Shown in pieces: positions 41,501 to 52,714 of a stretch of 64,000 bases of DNA. Under the pieces are notes generated by a model. That model saw only the letters and a program-made list of their open reading frames with translations, was not told the origin of the DNA and made no database searches. Each line of letters begins with the position of its first letter. Position 1 is the stretch's first letter. Origin of the DNA: Lytechinus pictus (lineage: Eukaryota); the NCBI RefSeq assembly GCF_037042905.1, contig NC_087250.1, positions 4,280,001 through 4,344,000 on the forward strand. Reading direction: 5' to 3'. A program made the translations under genes and the position numbers.

Positions 41501-41590
41501 TTCCATTGGATATAATGTACAATCAATCGTAGAAATCGGGCGATTTGTGTTACGAGATCATATGCCGCGTCCCCAAAGTGTGCGAAAAGT
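38520..41590. repeat. Rearranged copies of the composite module forming interlocking inverted repeats in gene B intron 3
   Basis: 38520-38880 is inverted relative to 40600-40950. 38960-40350 is inverted relative to 40970-41590. Homologous to 9640-11745. Confidence 0.8.
39395..40079. mobile_element. GC-rich non-autonomous element (Harbinger-like) inserted in the composite module
   Basis: TIR GCTCGGTTGACTCTTGCACGCATTGTG / CACAATGCGTGCAAGTGTCAACCGAGC. Absent from the homologous position of the 11.4-kb copy. Confidence 0.8.
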
Positions 41591-42074
41591 GGCATTGTCA
41601 CCATGGAGCCGTTTCATAAAGCTGTTCGTAAGTTAAGAGCGACTTTCAGAACGACTGGTGAACCTTTCTTATGCGCTAAACCATCGCCGATTCAATAAAC
41701 TATATACTACAAGAAAGGATCACCAGTCGTTATTAAAATTGCTCTTAACTTACGAACAGCTTTATGAAACACCCATCAGATCATCCCAACTATAAATGAT
41801 GTTGATATCGTGAGATCGGCATTGTAAACGGGATGCAGAGTCACAGCGGCCAAATTGGGCTTATACCAACCAAACTTTCAACGTTATTTCCAATTGCTCA
41901 ACATATCGGTCTGTTTGGAGTCGGTTTCGATGGTGTGTGAGGGTGTGTGTGTGGGTTTGCATGCTTGTTTTGGGTGTCTGTATGTGAGGGTGAAAGTATG
42001 TGTGTGTTTATTTGTGTATAGCGAAAGCCACAACATATAGAGTAGACCTACATAACCATGATCATGGTCCCATA

Positions 42075-42323
42075 CACGCTAAAAAATATAAGGTAAAAAT
42101 GAGGGTAAATATCTGTCCAACCAACACTGTGCGTTTCTTTTGGGCATTTTTTTTTATTTAGCCAGTGTGAAGAAAATTTTGCCCAATCTAAAAAAAAATG
42201 CTGCTCCATTTTTAATCTTACTGGACAATATGCTTTCCCGCACTGGGTAAAATACTGCCAAACTTGGTTGGGCACATATTTACCCTCGTGCTGGTTAAAA
42301 TTTTACTAAATATTTTTACAGTG
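42075..42323. mobile_element. CAC...GTG MITE (EnSpm/CMC-like) with TA TSD
   Basis: TA|CACGCTAAAAAATAT ... ATATTTTTACAGTG|TA. Splits a GGTCCC-TAACA-type MITE. Confidence 0.65.
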
Positions 42324-42630
42324 TAACAGAAAGGTTAGCGATTAGTTGCTAATTTTAGAGAACAATTCTGATTGGTTCCTAGTCAGTCTACTGAGCATAA
42401 AGCGCATACAACAATACGGGGCCCTGATATACCTGTAAATTCCGACAATTCAAATGACATTGTGGTGCCGAAATGTGAGCATTGCGGAGCCCAGTGTCTG
42501 CGTAGTAGAGAGTACTTGACAGGTATAATATTACGCGGAAAGATGCCACTAGGCTTACTATTATTTTGCCTTTTTTCAAAAAAAATTGTACAAAATGTAA
42601 CAAAATGCAACGAAATGCAATATAAATCTG

Positions 42631-42956
42631 CACTGTTAGAAAAAACATAAAATTTTACAGAAAAAAAAATTATATTAAAAAAACAGATTTTACAGAAAGA
42701 AGTAACCAAATCATTCTGGACATTGTTAAAACAGGAAAGATTTTATACAATTTTTGTAGAATTTTACAGAACAGGTCTGTTTTAAAAAGGGGGAAAACAG
42801 TTTTATTAAACTAAATTTGTAAGGTTACGTACACCAAATATCTATTTTCTGTAATTCTACACAAATGCATGTAATATTACACAGTGCAGTAAGATTACAG
42901 GTGTTCTCGAGACTGCTGCAGGAATTTTGTTTTTAAGTATACATTTTCTAACAGTG
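42631..42956. mobile_element. CAC...GTG MITE (EnSpm/CMC-like) with TG TSD
   Basis: TG|CACTGTTAGAAAA ... TTTTCTAACAGTG|TG. Confidence 0.75.
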
Positions 42957-42999
42957 TGATGTCATGTTTCTTTTTTGGTGTTTTATTCTTGTTATACAG

Positions 43000-43293
43000 G
43001 TGATAATTATCGTGGATGCCATGGCGACCTGCCAGCTGATCGAGTTCTTCGTGATGGTATTTTATTTACTGACCCGAATATGACTATCCCCCTCTGCATC
43101 CAGTATTGTAACGCTGTAACTTCATCTTACTATGTGTACGCGGGCGTTGAAAATGCGGATGAATGTTTCTGTGGGGAATTCAGTGATTGCTTCATTAGGC
43201 ATGGGATAGCATCAGACAGGGACTGCCAAATCCCATGCCGTGGAGACTCCACTGAGAGCTGTGGAGGATTAGGATACATATCTGTCTTTGCCA
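43000..43293 (+). CDS. Gene B exon 4: WSC domain
   Basis: 294 nt, phase 1-1, CAG| ... |GTGAGT. Encodes YRGCHGD...MTIPLCIQYC...YVYAGVENADECFCG...CQIPCRGDSTESCGGLGYISVF. Confidence 0.95.
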
Positions 43294-44149
43294 GTGAGTA
43301 TTAATATGTAATAGCGGGTTTCCGCACAGTGACGCACTACGGATTAAAAAAAAAACACATTAATATATTAAAAATCCCCGTGAAATGACAAAGACATAGC
43401 TGGGAGGACTTTGTCGAAAATTGTTGAATCAGAAATGCAATTTAGTCCTAGGTTTCGGAGCTGACAAAAAAAATGCAGATCTGTAGTTTGCTCCTGAACA
43501 AAATTAGAAATTAAATTCACCAGTTTTCGACAAAAACTTCTTGGATGTCTTTGTTATGAAGGGAATTTTACATTTTCTTTGTCATTGAACCCGTGTACAT
43601 CTCGGATTAAGAGTCCTTAATCATAATATGTATACGAATTATATTTGAACGTTGGACACTTGAAACTCTGCAACGCTGAAAAATCCTTTGAAAATGCAAG
43701 TCAAATCATAATGGAGAGCTACACCCGACAAAGGAAATTTAATTAGTGGTGTCGAAAATCTGTTTATCTGACGGTCAATCGGATCGGGGTCGCCCTGGCA
43801 ACTAACCCGTTTATGTGGTCTACTGATTAAGGCACCGACGCGGCGTTCAAAGCTGGGGGCCCGGGTCCGATTCCCGGCAGACATTTTTTTCGGCATTACC
43901 AATTTTCCAAAGGGCAGATAGCTCCGGTGAACCTTGATTTAAGCTACGCCTATCATTGTTCTCTTCATTCATTTCTTTCACAATATATTTGAATGCAAGA
44001 GTTGCCAAAGCTGTTGTACATGTATAATTTCTAACATTTATTTATATATCCATTTTTTTTTAAGTAAAGTCATTCATTACTTTAGAATAGTTTGTTTAAA
44101 ACACTATCCTGTACAGTATGTGTGGCATAATTTGTTTAATCATAATATG

Positions 44150-44380
44150 CATCATTTACATAGCACTTAATACAAATGTTTCTAAGCGCTACATACTATT
44201 ACCCCGGCTTTAGCACGGCTATCCTGATCGGGTGCATCAAGCATTCAAGGAATTCCTTCCTACCGGGTACCCATTTACTACACCTGGGTGGAGAATGGCA
44301 AATGTAGATAAACGCCTAGCAAAATGACGCTGGTACTGTGGTGGGATTTGAACCACGGATTTTGTGCCACAACACCTCTA
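44150..44380 (-). mobile_element. tRNA-derived SINE
   Basis: B-box GGTTCAAATCC on the minus strand. Body homologous to 3070-3182. Confidence 0.65.
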
Positions 44381-44432
44381 CAAGTGCATTATGTTTAAGG
44401 GCATTATATACTTCTTACTTGCAACCATGTAG

Positions 44433-44528
44433 TTAACACCGACAAGAGTAGGGGGCGGACCATACCTTCTACTGCACCAACGACGACAACCTTGTCATCA
44501 GCCGTACTGCAACCTCGTCACCATTTAT
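44433..44528 (+). CDS. Gene B exon 5: short Ser/Thr stalk
   Basis: 96 nt, phase 1-1, TAG| ... |GTAAAT. Encodes INTDKSRGRTIPSTAPTTTTLSSAVLQPRHHL and shares PTTTTLSS with gene A exon 5. Confidence 0.85.
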
Positions 44529-45042
44529 GTAAATATGATAGTGAATAATTGAAATTGTAATAATTACGTACGGGGGGCCTTATAAATTTGTTTTTTTAAT
44601 GTTTCCTCCACTTTTCCGTTTTAAGCACTTCGTTTATATTTCGTAATGATTTAGAATGTTTATTATTTACATTTCATATTCGTCATTTGTTATGTTCAAC
44701 ATAATTATTTTATTACATCAAAGGTTTGCAACGACACAAACTTGTGGAAATAAAACCTCCATGAAATGAAAAAAAAAAATGTCTATACTAGTAAGCGATT
44801 TGCATATTTAATGTGGGAAATAAAGAATTTTACTTGACTTGTTTAAAAAAAAGAAAATCTTCGAAGAAACACAAGATTAATTTTTCTGAATGATAGAGAG
44901 AAAAGGAAATGCCAAAGACAATGAAAAATTGCGAGAAAGGCGATGCTGACTTTTAAGGTGAAATTATCAATTCATTTTTTCAAACACCGATTAAACAAAC
45001 GAGTGAAATGATGATGCACGTGTTCTCTTTTAATCGGTGCAG

Positions 45043-45133
45043 GTGTTGGTGTTGGAGTTGGTGAAGGTGTTATCATAATGTTTCTTATAGTGATTATCAT
45101 TGTATTGGTACTATACAACCTCAGAATGCGAAA
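45043..45133 (+). CDS. Gene B exon 6: transmembrane helix
   Basis: 91 nt, CAG| ... |GTAAGT. Encodes CVGVGVGEGVIIMFLIVIIIVLVLYNLRMRK. Confidence 0.9.
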
Positions 45134-45922
45134 GTAAGTTTCATGAATTATTTTCGATATAATGTTTGACCAAAGATATTTTTAGGGGTGTTGCGTTTGC
45201 TATTCACCAAAGGATAGTATGCTAAAAAAATTTAATTTATCCAAAATCATCTTTTTTTTCTTGTATTGTAAAATATTGTCTTCTTCACACGCCACCGCTG
45301 CTTAATAATATGCACTTTCTGATTCCTTGAGATACGGAAGTAACTTAGATATGATCAAGGTTCCTCTAAGGAGATACGTATTCAACACTTAAATATATTA
45401 TTGTTTCAGTGAACTCAATGTCCAATATTGAATGGTATGTACATGTTCCTTTCATGTCTCCTAGCTTCTTATAACTAAATGCTTTTCCTGTACTTTAAAA
45501 GGTCAAGTCCACCCGACAAAAATATCGATTTGAATAAATAAAAAAAAAAATCCAACTAGCCTAACGTTGAAAATGTCATCAAAATCGGAAGTTATGACAT
45601 TTAAAGTTTCGCTTTGATATGCACAACACATCGATATGCAAATGAGATAGTCGATGATGTCCCTCACTATTTATTTTGTTTTATTGCTTGAATTAGACAA
45701 TATTTTATTTTTTACAGATTTTACAATAGGGACCAACTTGACTAAACCATATATCAAATAATGCTAATTCCACATGTTCATGGAGGAATTTTATCGTTGT
45801 TTCACTTGACGATGAGGAGAAAATTAGAATATTTCATATTTCATATAATAAAATACAAAAGAAACAGTGAGTGGATGACATCATCGGTCTCCTCATTAGC
45901 ATACAGACCAGGATGTGCATAT

Positions 45923-46717
45923 GAAGAGCTTGATTCCAAAAGGAGCTAAATCCACTTTTGATCAAAATGGACTTTTTTATACAAATATATGTATCTTAGA
46001 CGTGGGAATCAAATGCAACATATCGCATTTTAAAAAAAATTTGGAAAGGTTGGTAAAAATTAATTGCAAATTTGAGTTTTGTTCCAAAAGGAGCTAAATC
46101 AAAAACAGTTTTGTTCCAAAGGAGATAAATCCACTATGCGGTTATCTAAAATTTGTTATTTTTCCTATTTTAAAGAAAGTTATACATTCATTTTTTAGGT
46201 ACTTGTTGTGGATACAAGTTTACACCATCAGTGCAAATTTTGTTGTAAATGACATAATTTTACAATTTTTATGAATGATTTTGGATTAAGCTCTTTTTGG
46301 AAATATATATCGAAAAGTAACCGTCCTTAGAAAAGATGACAAAATATATTTTTTTTTTTCATTTTATAATTTTCAATGGATAAACATCATAAAAGATGTG
46401 AAATGAACTCTGCTAGCAATGTTTTTATGTTTCGTGTTCAATTTCCAATATCAATCATATTGGCAAAATTGACATTTTACTAGGGTTTTGTTCCAAAAGG
46501 AGCTAAATCCATGAAAAATAACATTTCAAAAATTCTTTGAAAATTTAGTATGAATGCTAGAATTTTGAAATCATGATTTCATTAATCTAAAATGTTAGTA
46601 CTATCATCTATATCAAAATAAAACAGCAGTGGCTAAAGGAAATTGGTGAATAAAAAAATCTTGATTTACAGAAAAATACCAAAAGTGGATTTAGCTCCTT
46701 TTGGAACAAAACTCTTC
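45923..46717. mobile_element. 795-bp GAAGAG...CTCTTC element with ATAT TSD (Sola1-like, second family), nested in an older MITE (~45497-46740)
   Basis: TIR GAAGAGCTTGATTCCAAAAGGAGCTAAATCCACTTTTG / CAAAAGTGGATTTAGCTCCTTTTGGAACAAAACTCTTC with ATAT on both sides. Confidence 0.85.
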
Positions 46718-47766
46718 ATATACTGTTTTTTTTTATGAAATGGCTAGAATTGAGAGCAATGTGAGGTTCTGTGAAAACGTTGGTGCAAAAGTTAGGGGGA
46801 AATGACGTGTTCAACAGAGATTGAAGCTAGTCAGTTAATATAAAAATGCTAGAAACTCACACAAATTTAACAGAGGGGATATGATTTTGCTGAAATTTTT
46901 AGGGGAAAACTCTGATCAAACAAAAAACCTAAACAACAAAGTAGTTTTCACGCATGTACATTAAAACACTAAAAGGTTGGTTTTGCACCCTTCGCCTACG
47001 ATGGGCCATAACTCTGTACCCCGTGACAATTGTGATGCAAGGAATGTGTCAAAGTAAACTTGATGAGTAATTCGATCATGTAGAATAAAAATCACAAGAA
47101 TAATTTGTGCATTTTTATATAGCTGACCTTTGAACTTCGGTTGCATTTTCTTTAGAAACATCCTGTATAGTATTCAGAACGTGTGAGGCGTGACTAAGGT
47201 CGGACGCTTTCATGTTCTATATAGCTTTTACAACCTGATCACGTTTGTAATTACATCTATCCAGGGTATATATTTAACATGCTGGAAATTATTATTTTTT
47301 TAATTTATTTAACATTATCAATCACGTCTATATTTATATTGTCTGCTTTAAAATTTATTAGTTGTTAAACTGTGTATTTATCTTCATTTTAATGTTCTAT
47401 CAATTATTAGTATTACAGACCAGTTCTGTGTACATGTAACTTGGTCTGGGAGGGAGACCATCGGGTCACATTCATCAAGTTAGCTTTTCCCATACCCCGG
47501 CAGCTAAGTTACATATACCCATCTACGGCTATGCTTTTATTCATATTTTGTTGAAATTTTATTGAATATTGTAACTGCCGAATTGATAATGAATAAATGA
47601 ATAAATAAATAAAAAAAAACATGCTGGAATGATGTTGGGAAATAACGCAATCAATGATAAATAATAAACCGTGCTCATTATCGTCACAACTGAATCAGAA
47701 TGCACAGCAACTTCTCTTTGAAGTGCTTCCCATTCTATTCTAACTTTCCATTATGACTCTCTCTAG

Positions 47767-47968
47767 GATGATGGAAGATCTTAACAAGGATCAGAAGACA
47801 CAAATTTTGTTTCAGTCTCCCAATTCGACAGACAAAGACACGGGGTTTTACCATGATGTTCAGGATGTCAGGAAATTAGCCTCATCGTCATCGCCCGATG
47901 AACAGAGACGTGACAGTGTCTTAGATCCCAACGTTCGCAGTCACCTGCCAAATTCATACATGACGTAA
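47767..47968 (+). CDS. Gene B exon 7a: cytoplasmic tail to stop
   Basis: Acceptor CTCTAG|G, phase 2. Encodes MMEDLNKDQKTQILFQSPNSTDKDTGFYHDVQDVRKLASSSSPDEQRRDSVLDPNVRSHLPNSYMT*. Confidence 0.9.
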
Positions 47969-47971
47969 CTG

Positions 47972-48075
47972 AAATAATGATAATGATAATAATAATGATG
48001 CTGATAAAAATAATGATAATAATAATAATGATAATGATAATAGTAATAATAATAATTATAATGATGATGACAATG
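47972..48075. repeat. (AAT/GAT)n microsatellite immediately after the exon 7a stop
   Basis: Run of AAT/GAT trinucleotides. Confidence 0.9.
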
Positions 48076-48782
48076 AATAACAGTTTTGGGGGCGTTTTCT
48101 AAAAGAGATAAAACATCTCTTTATGTGATATACAGACATGACAGAGTAAAACATTAATAATTCTAATATAATTCTGAAAAGGGCTTGGTCCAACTGCACT
48201 TACGGATGCATAAAGGATGTAAAACGGAAACGAATCTTGCCATCCGTTGGAAAACGTTATGTATCCGAGAGCAGATCATCCTGAGATTCGGAACGGACAA
48301 AAAATTGCAAATGTGTCGTTTGTCCAGAGTCCATGCATGATGACATTGATGTTTTGATTCACCGATTTTCGATAAAGGCTGTTTTGTCATTAAAGGGCTT
48401 TTCACAAAAGATTCTCTCCGTAAAGCCCGTCTCACACTATGCGATTCGTTGCGAATCGAATTTGGAATCAATTGTGATAACATTTGATATGGATATTCCA
48501 ACTAATAAAATATTACGGATCAGAGTTCAGAATAGTGGTAGGAGTACTGAAATCGAAATTCAGTCCAGTTGGAGCCTTCCTGAATGAATAAAAACAAATT
48601 CAATTCCAAATCGTACTGGCGTCATCACCGGCTGTGACTTGAAGCCAATTTGGACTTTACTCCGACTCCGACCATAGGGCTTGCCGCAAAGTAAAAATAT
48701 GATTTTAGTTTTCCAAATAACGTATTTTTAATAAAGTTGGTTGATCAGTTGTCTCGCAAAGCGGTTGAAACTGTAAAAGAGT

Positions 48783-48823
48783 TCACGACGTTTCGTTGGC
48801 TGCTGCTCAACTTTGTCAAGTGA
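48783..48823 (-). ncRNA. Minimal type I hammerhead ribozyme (antisense arm of the palindrome)
   Basis: Exact reverse complement of 48887-48927. Confidence 0.7.
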
Positions 48824-48886
48824 TGGAGACTTCGGTGCGAGGGCGAAGGTTATAGCGAGTATGCGGACGTCGCACCGAAGTCTCCA

Positions 48887-48927
48887 TCACTTGACAAAGT
48901 TGAGCAGCAGCCAACGAAACGTCGTGA
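48887..48927 (+). ncRNA. Minimal type I hammerhead ribozyme, Penelope-type, U3-A8 core variant
   Basis: UCAC-UUGACAA-A-GUUG(agcagcagc)CAAC-GAAAC-GUC-GUGA: stem I UCAC/GUGA, stem II GUUG/CAAC, palindromic stem III ACGU, GUC cleavage triplet ending at 48923. Confidence 0.75.
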
Positions 48928-49179
48928 ACTCTCCTACAGTTTCAACCGCTTTGCGAGACAACTGAACAACCAACTCTATTGAAATCTCCGCGATGACGAA
49001 CATCTTCAGAACATAATTTTACTTCCTGGAACTTTCATATTTAATGAAAAATGCGATTTCTTGAAAAATCGCGTCGCATCGGATCGCATAGTGTAAGACA
49101 GGCTTTAGATAATGCGTCTGTGAAGTGATTGCGACTACTTTCTAATTTTATTTTCTTTGCTAAACTTTCTTCTCTTCAG

Positions 49180-49345
49180 GTTGACGAAGGATTCTAACAA
49201 TGATGAGATGACACAATATATGGATTTGGTCCAGTCCTCTAGTTCGACCGACAAACATACATCGTTGTTCATTGATATCGTAAATGCAAGCGAACAAGCC
49301 TCACCGGACGACGAGGTTGTCTACTCCTCGAAGATATATAAATAA
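49180..49345 (+). CDS. Gene B candidate alternative terminal exon 7b (or an exon relic)
   Basis: Strong polypyrimidine tract and CAG|G in the same phase as 7a. Encodes LTKDSNNDEMTQYMDLVQSSSSTDKHTSLFIDIVNASEQASPDDEVVYSSKIYK*. Homology to the gene A tail continues after the stop (KPDSALGPYD). Confidence 0.6.
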
Positions 49346-50687
49346 AAACCTGACAGCGCATTGGGTCCCTACGATCATGACGATAGCAGTGAGGTGTCCT
49401 AAGCTTATTGTGAAAATGGGGAAGAGAATAATTCCATGTATAAGTGGTACCCTTTTCAGTAACTAGGTCCGGACCTGGGGCCCGTTTCATGAAGGACTTG
49501 CAAGTGTTGTAACTTTGCCATTATGGCAACTACCATGGTAATCTTTATTCTGATTGGCTGCTGAGCCATGCTACCATGGTAGTTGATATTATGGCAAAAT
49601 TACAACAGTTGCAAGTCCTTTATGAAACGGGCCCCAGGGCCGGCCTTACTTCGTAAAATGTTCAGTTCATTTTAGCCCGCGCCATTCATGAACTATTTTG
49701 ATGCTGCTTTTATCATTACCAGGACAGCGCCAGGGTCCGACCAAATAGTTTATGAATGATGGCAGCACAGGGCCCCGGCTGAAATTCCTCGCACGGGTTA
49801 ATTAAAGGTCACAGAATTTTTGAATGGGTCAATGTAAAAGCAGCTCGGCTCTGCTATATAGTTACTGAAAGCGTTTATTTTTTATATTTTTTAAATATTT
49901 TTTGGTGCGGACTATTTTAGTGCGGGCCTGCAGGGCAAAACATTATGAGTTGCTAAAAGGGGTACCATAGTGACTGCTTACATGGATAAGGAATGGTCCA
50001 CTCTTCTGCAAGCAAGAAAGGCTACGAGTGTGGTTGCCAAGGTTCTTCTTGCCAGTGTTATTACAATTTGATTATATTTTGATGGATCAGAAGGTCTTTA
50101 ATGTAACATAAACTTACCCATTATATTAACGCATCTAACGCATTGTTTGGACAACATTACATACAAGCTTATATTCTAATTTTAATTTCATATCAAATGT
50201 AATTGTTTATCATAATATTTTACGTCATCAAAGTGTTTTCATTAATATAATTTATGAATGTAATGATGATTACATTTTTTTTCTGACTAGGTTTTATCAT
50301 CCGATAATAGCATAACATTGTTTATTTAAATGCATAAACATTTTATAGTGACTGGATATATAAGTGCACATGGAAACAAACACTCTAATTATTAAGTTCT
50401 TTGTTTTTAATAAGTTATGCATTTGTAAACCCCGACTAGTGAGGAGAGCTTCATAACAGAAACTAAATTTTCTTTTAGTCATCCTCAGGCACTAGTCGGT
50501 GGTAATTTCTTCCTCTTGTACATATTCTTGTTGTCATTTAACTGGAAATGAAATAAATGAAAAAAATTAAATAAACACATGATTTAGATTGAAGGAGAGC
50601 TATAGAGGTCTCTATAAAAGTTAGTATGAGCAGTCAATTCCATAGAAGTTGCAATTTATTGTTTATTTCATGTCTTGATTTTGTTTA

Positions 50688-50866
50688 TTCAAGATTCAAG
50701 ATTCAAGAAGATTCAAGAAGTTTATTTCATTTCCATGACAAATATAAATTAAATACAGATACAAATCAAAGTACGAATACAAAATCAATTTTACCTTAGC
50801 ATAATTATACAACAAAAGCTTGTATAAACAGTAAAAAACGTGTATGGAACTGAGGGGATCCACTAA
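50688..50866 (-). mobile_element. LINE-like 3' tail with (TCTTGAA)n end; terminal stem-loop split by the Academ-like insertion and resuming at 55841-55870
   Basis: TTCAAGA repeats at 50688-50720. GGGGATCCAC...GTGGATCCCC hairpin is rebuilt when 50867-55837 and one TSD are removed. Confidence 0.6.
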
Positions 50867-51749
50867 TAGTCTAGGTGATTGGTGAAAAAAATGTTCAGAA
50901 AATGGTACAAGCATGAAAATCGGCACAAAGGTAGAGTAAGTTATTCTAAACATTTTTAGCAGGGGGTGCCAACGTGAGTTCACCGAACATAGCAACGGTT
51001 GCTAGGTAACATATTTACCTTAGTAACTGAGCTTAATTGGGCTAAAGTAACATTTTCATAAGCGATATGTCATACAAATTTTAATCTAAAGCATGTTCCT
51101 TTGTATCACAACAGTTTTGATCCATTTATTCGTAGCAACGGTTGCTAAGGGACCCTCTTCCGTAGCAACAAATTCTATATCTTAATTCAGATCATTATAA
51201 TCTACTCAGAATAGCTCAGAAATTATATCTGGCCCATAGATTCATCATGTGATGAATGTTTCCATAGGTAGACCTAATGAGTACCATAGCAACCTTTGCT
51301 AAGTAACATTTCCCACGGTAACAATTATTATAGGGTATCTATTAATGATTATAATTTTTTTTTTTTTCGCATCTTTTCTATTAAAGCATTAATACATTAA
51401 TCACAAAAACCAAAGAACAATGTATACAAGCCCATGCGAAGTACCAGTTGCTATTACGTTTTCTGTAGCAACCAATGGTTAAAGGCAGTATGGTAAGATT
51501 ATTGATGTGTAAATCATAGAGGTACTAATAGATGCTTAAAAAGTAAAACCTTGCACAAATTAAACTACCTCATGAAATGGTTCATAGTTCCAAAGACGAT
51601 GTCTATGGGTTCCATAGTATTGGTATAATAATACTTATTGCATATCAAAAGAACTTCACTTTTAACACCAATCTTTATCCATTTTGAAACCATATTATGG
51701 ATTAACCTAAACATATGTAAAATATCGACCCTCGGAATAATTCAACAAA

Positions 51750-52350
51750 AGGTGGTTTCAAACCGCCTCGATCACAAGAATCCCCGTTAAGTTACGAGAA
51801 CTTTTAAGGCTTTTAAAATACCCATATTCCTGCATTCACACCGCCCCGAAACATACCCTTCAGGGGGGGGGGGGGGGCGTTTCATGAAAGGGCTTGTCGG
51901 ACATTTTATCCGACAAGTACCAGTTTATCCAACAGTTACCATAGGAACAGTGCCTCTCAGCCAATCAGAATCAAGGAAAGATGTCAGATCTGACAACTTT
52001 TCGGATGAAAATATTGATGAAACGCTCCCCAGGATAAGTTCCTGCATGAAGTTACGAGCATGAGCAGTATGTTCTGATAAGCAGGCAAGGCGCGAGATTC
52101 AAAATCACTAGCCCAGCAGCCACCCACGGCGCCCGCGCCCAACGTCACGCTGGGCTAAAAGTTCCTGTAAATTGCTTTCACATTGCCAAAATACCTGCGA
52201 CCTTAGATAAATCCCCACGAAAGTTCTCGTTATTTGGCCAAGTACCTACTATTTAGAGGGTATTTTCTTTCGGGAAAATTTCGCGTAGTTTGCTTTCACA
52301 TTACCAAAATACCTGGAACTGACGAACTTTGAGGCGGTCTGAAACCACCT
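51750..52350. mobile_element. MITE nested in the Academ-like element, itself containing a smaller MITE (51864-52030)
   Basis: TIR AGGTGGTTTCAAACCGCCTC / GAGGCGGTCTGAAACCACCT. Confidence 0.75.
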
Positions 52351-52714
52351 AATATCAACATTTAGCAAGAGGTCACTCTTGTATAAGAACGGTTACAAGA
52401 ACTCCCCAGGAGGTCATGGGTACTTACAACCTAAATAGCTCTGATCTTGAAGAGATAACCACGAAGAGATGACCACCAAGAATTGATTGAGTCATATAAG
52501 TTTAGAATTATTTCAAACACATAAATCTTGTCAAAAATTAATTTTCAAATGAGTGATTGGATACCACTTATCCCTTGCTAACAGCAGTCGTTCGCTTGAA
52601 AGCCAACACACTTTGCCTTGGTTTACCCACTCCCTTCCGTAGCCTGCAATGAAGATCATATTAGTTCTCCATGTTGTTCCCTAACCAAACGCCATGGGTA
52701 GGAGTTGATTTTGC

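Larger units (their letters stand above)
48424..49104. mobile_element. Harbinger-like MITE hosting the hammerhead palindrome
   Basis: TIR AGCCCGTCTCACACTATGCGAT / ATCGCATAGTGTAAGACAGGCT with TAA/TTA flanks. Confidence 0.75.

Noticed and set aside
43812..43882. tRNA-like sequence with A and B boxes
   Set aside because: No convincing acceptor stem or cloverleaf. More likely a SINE head than a tRNA gene.
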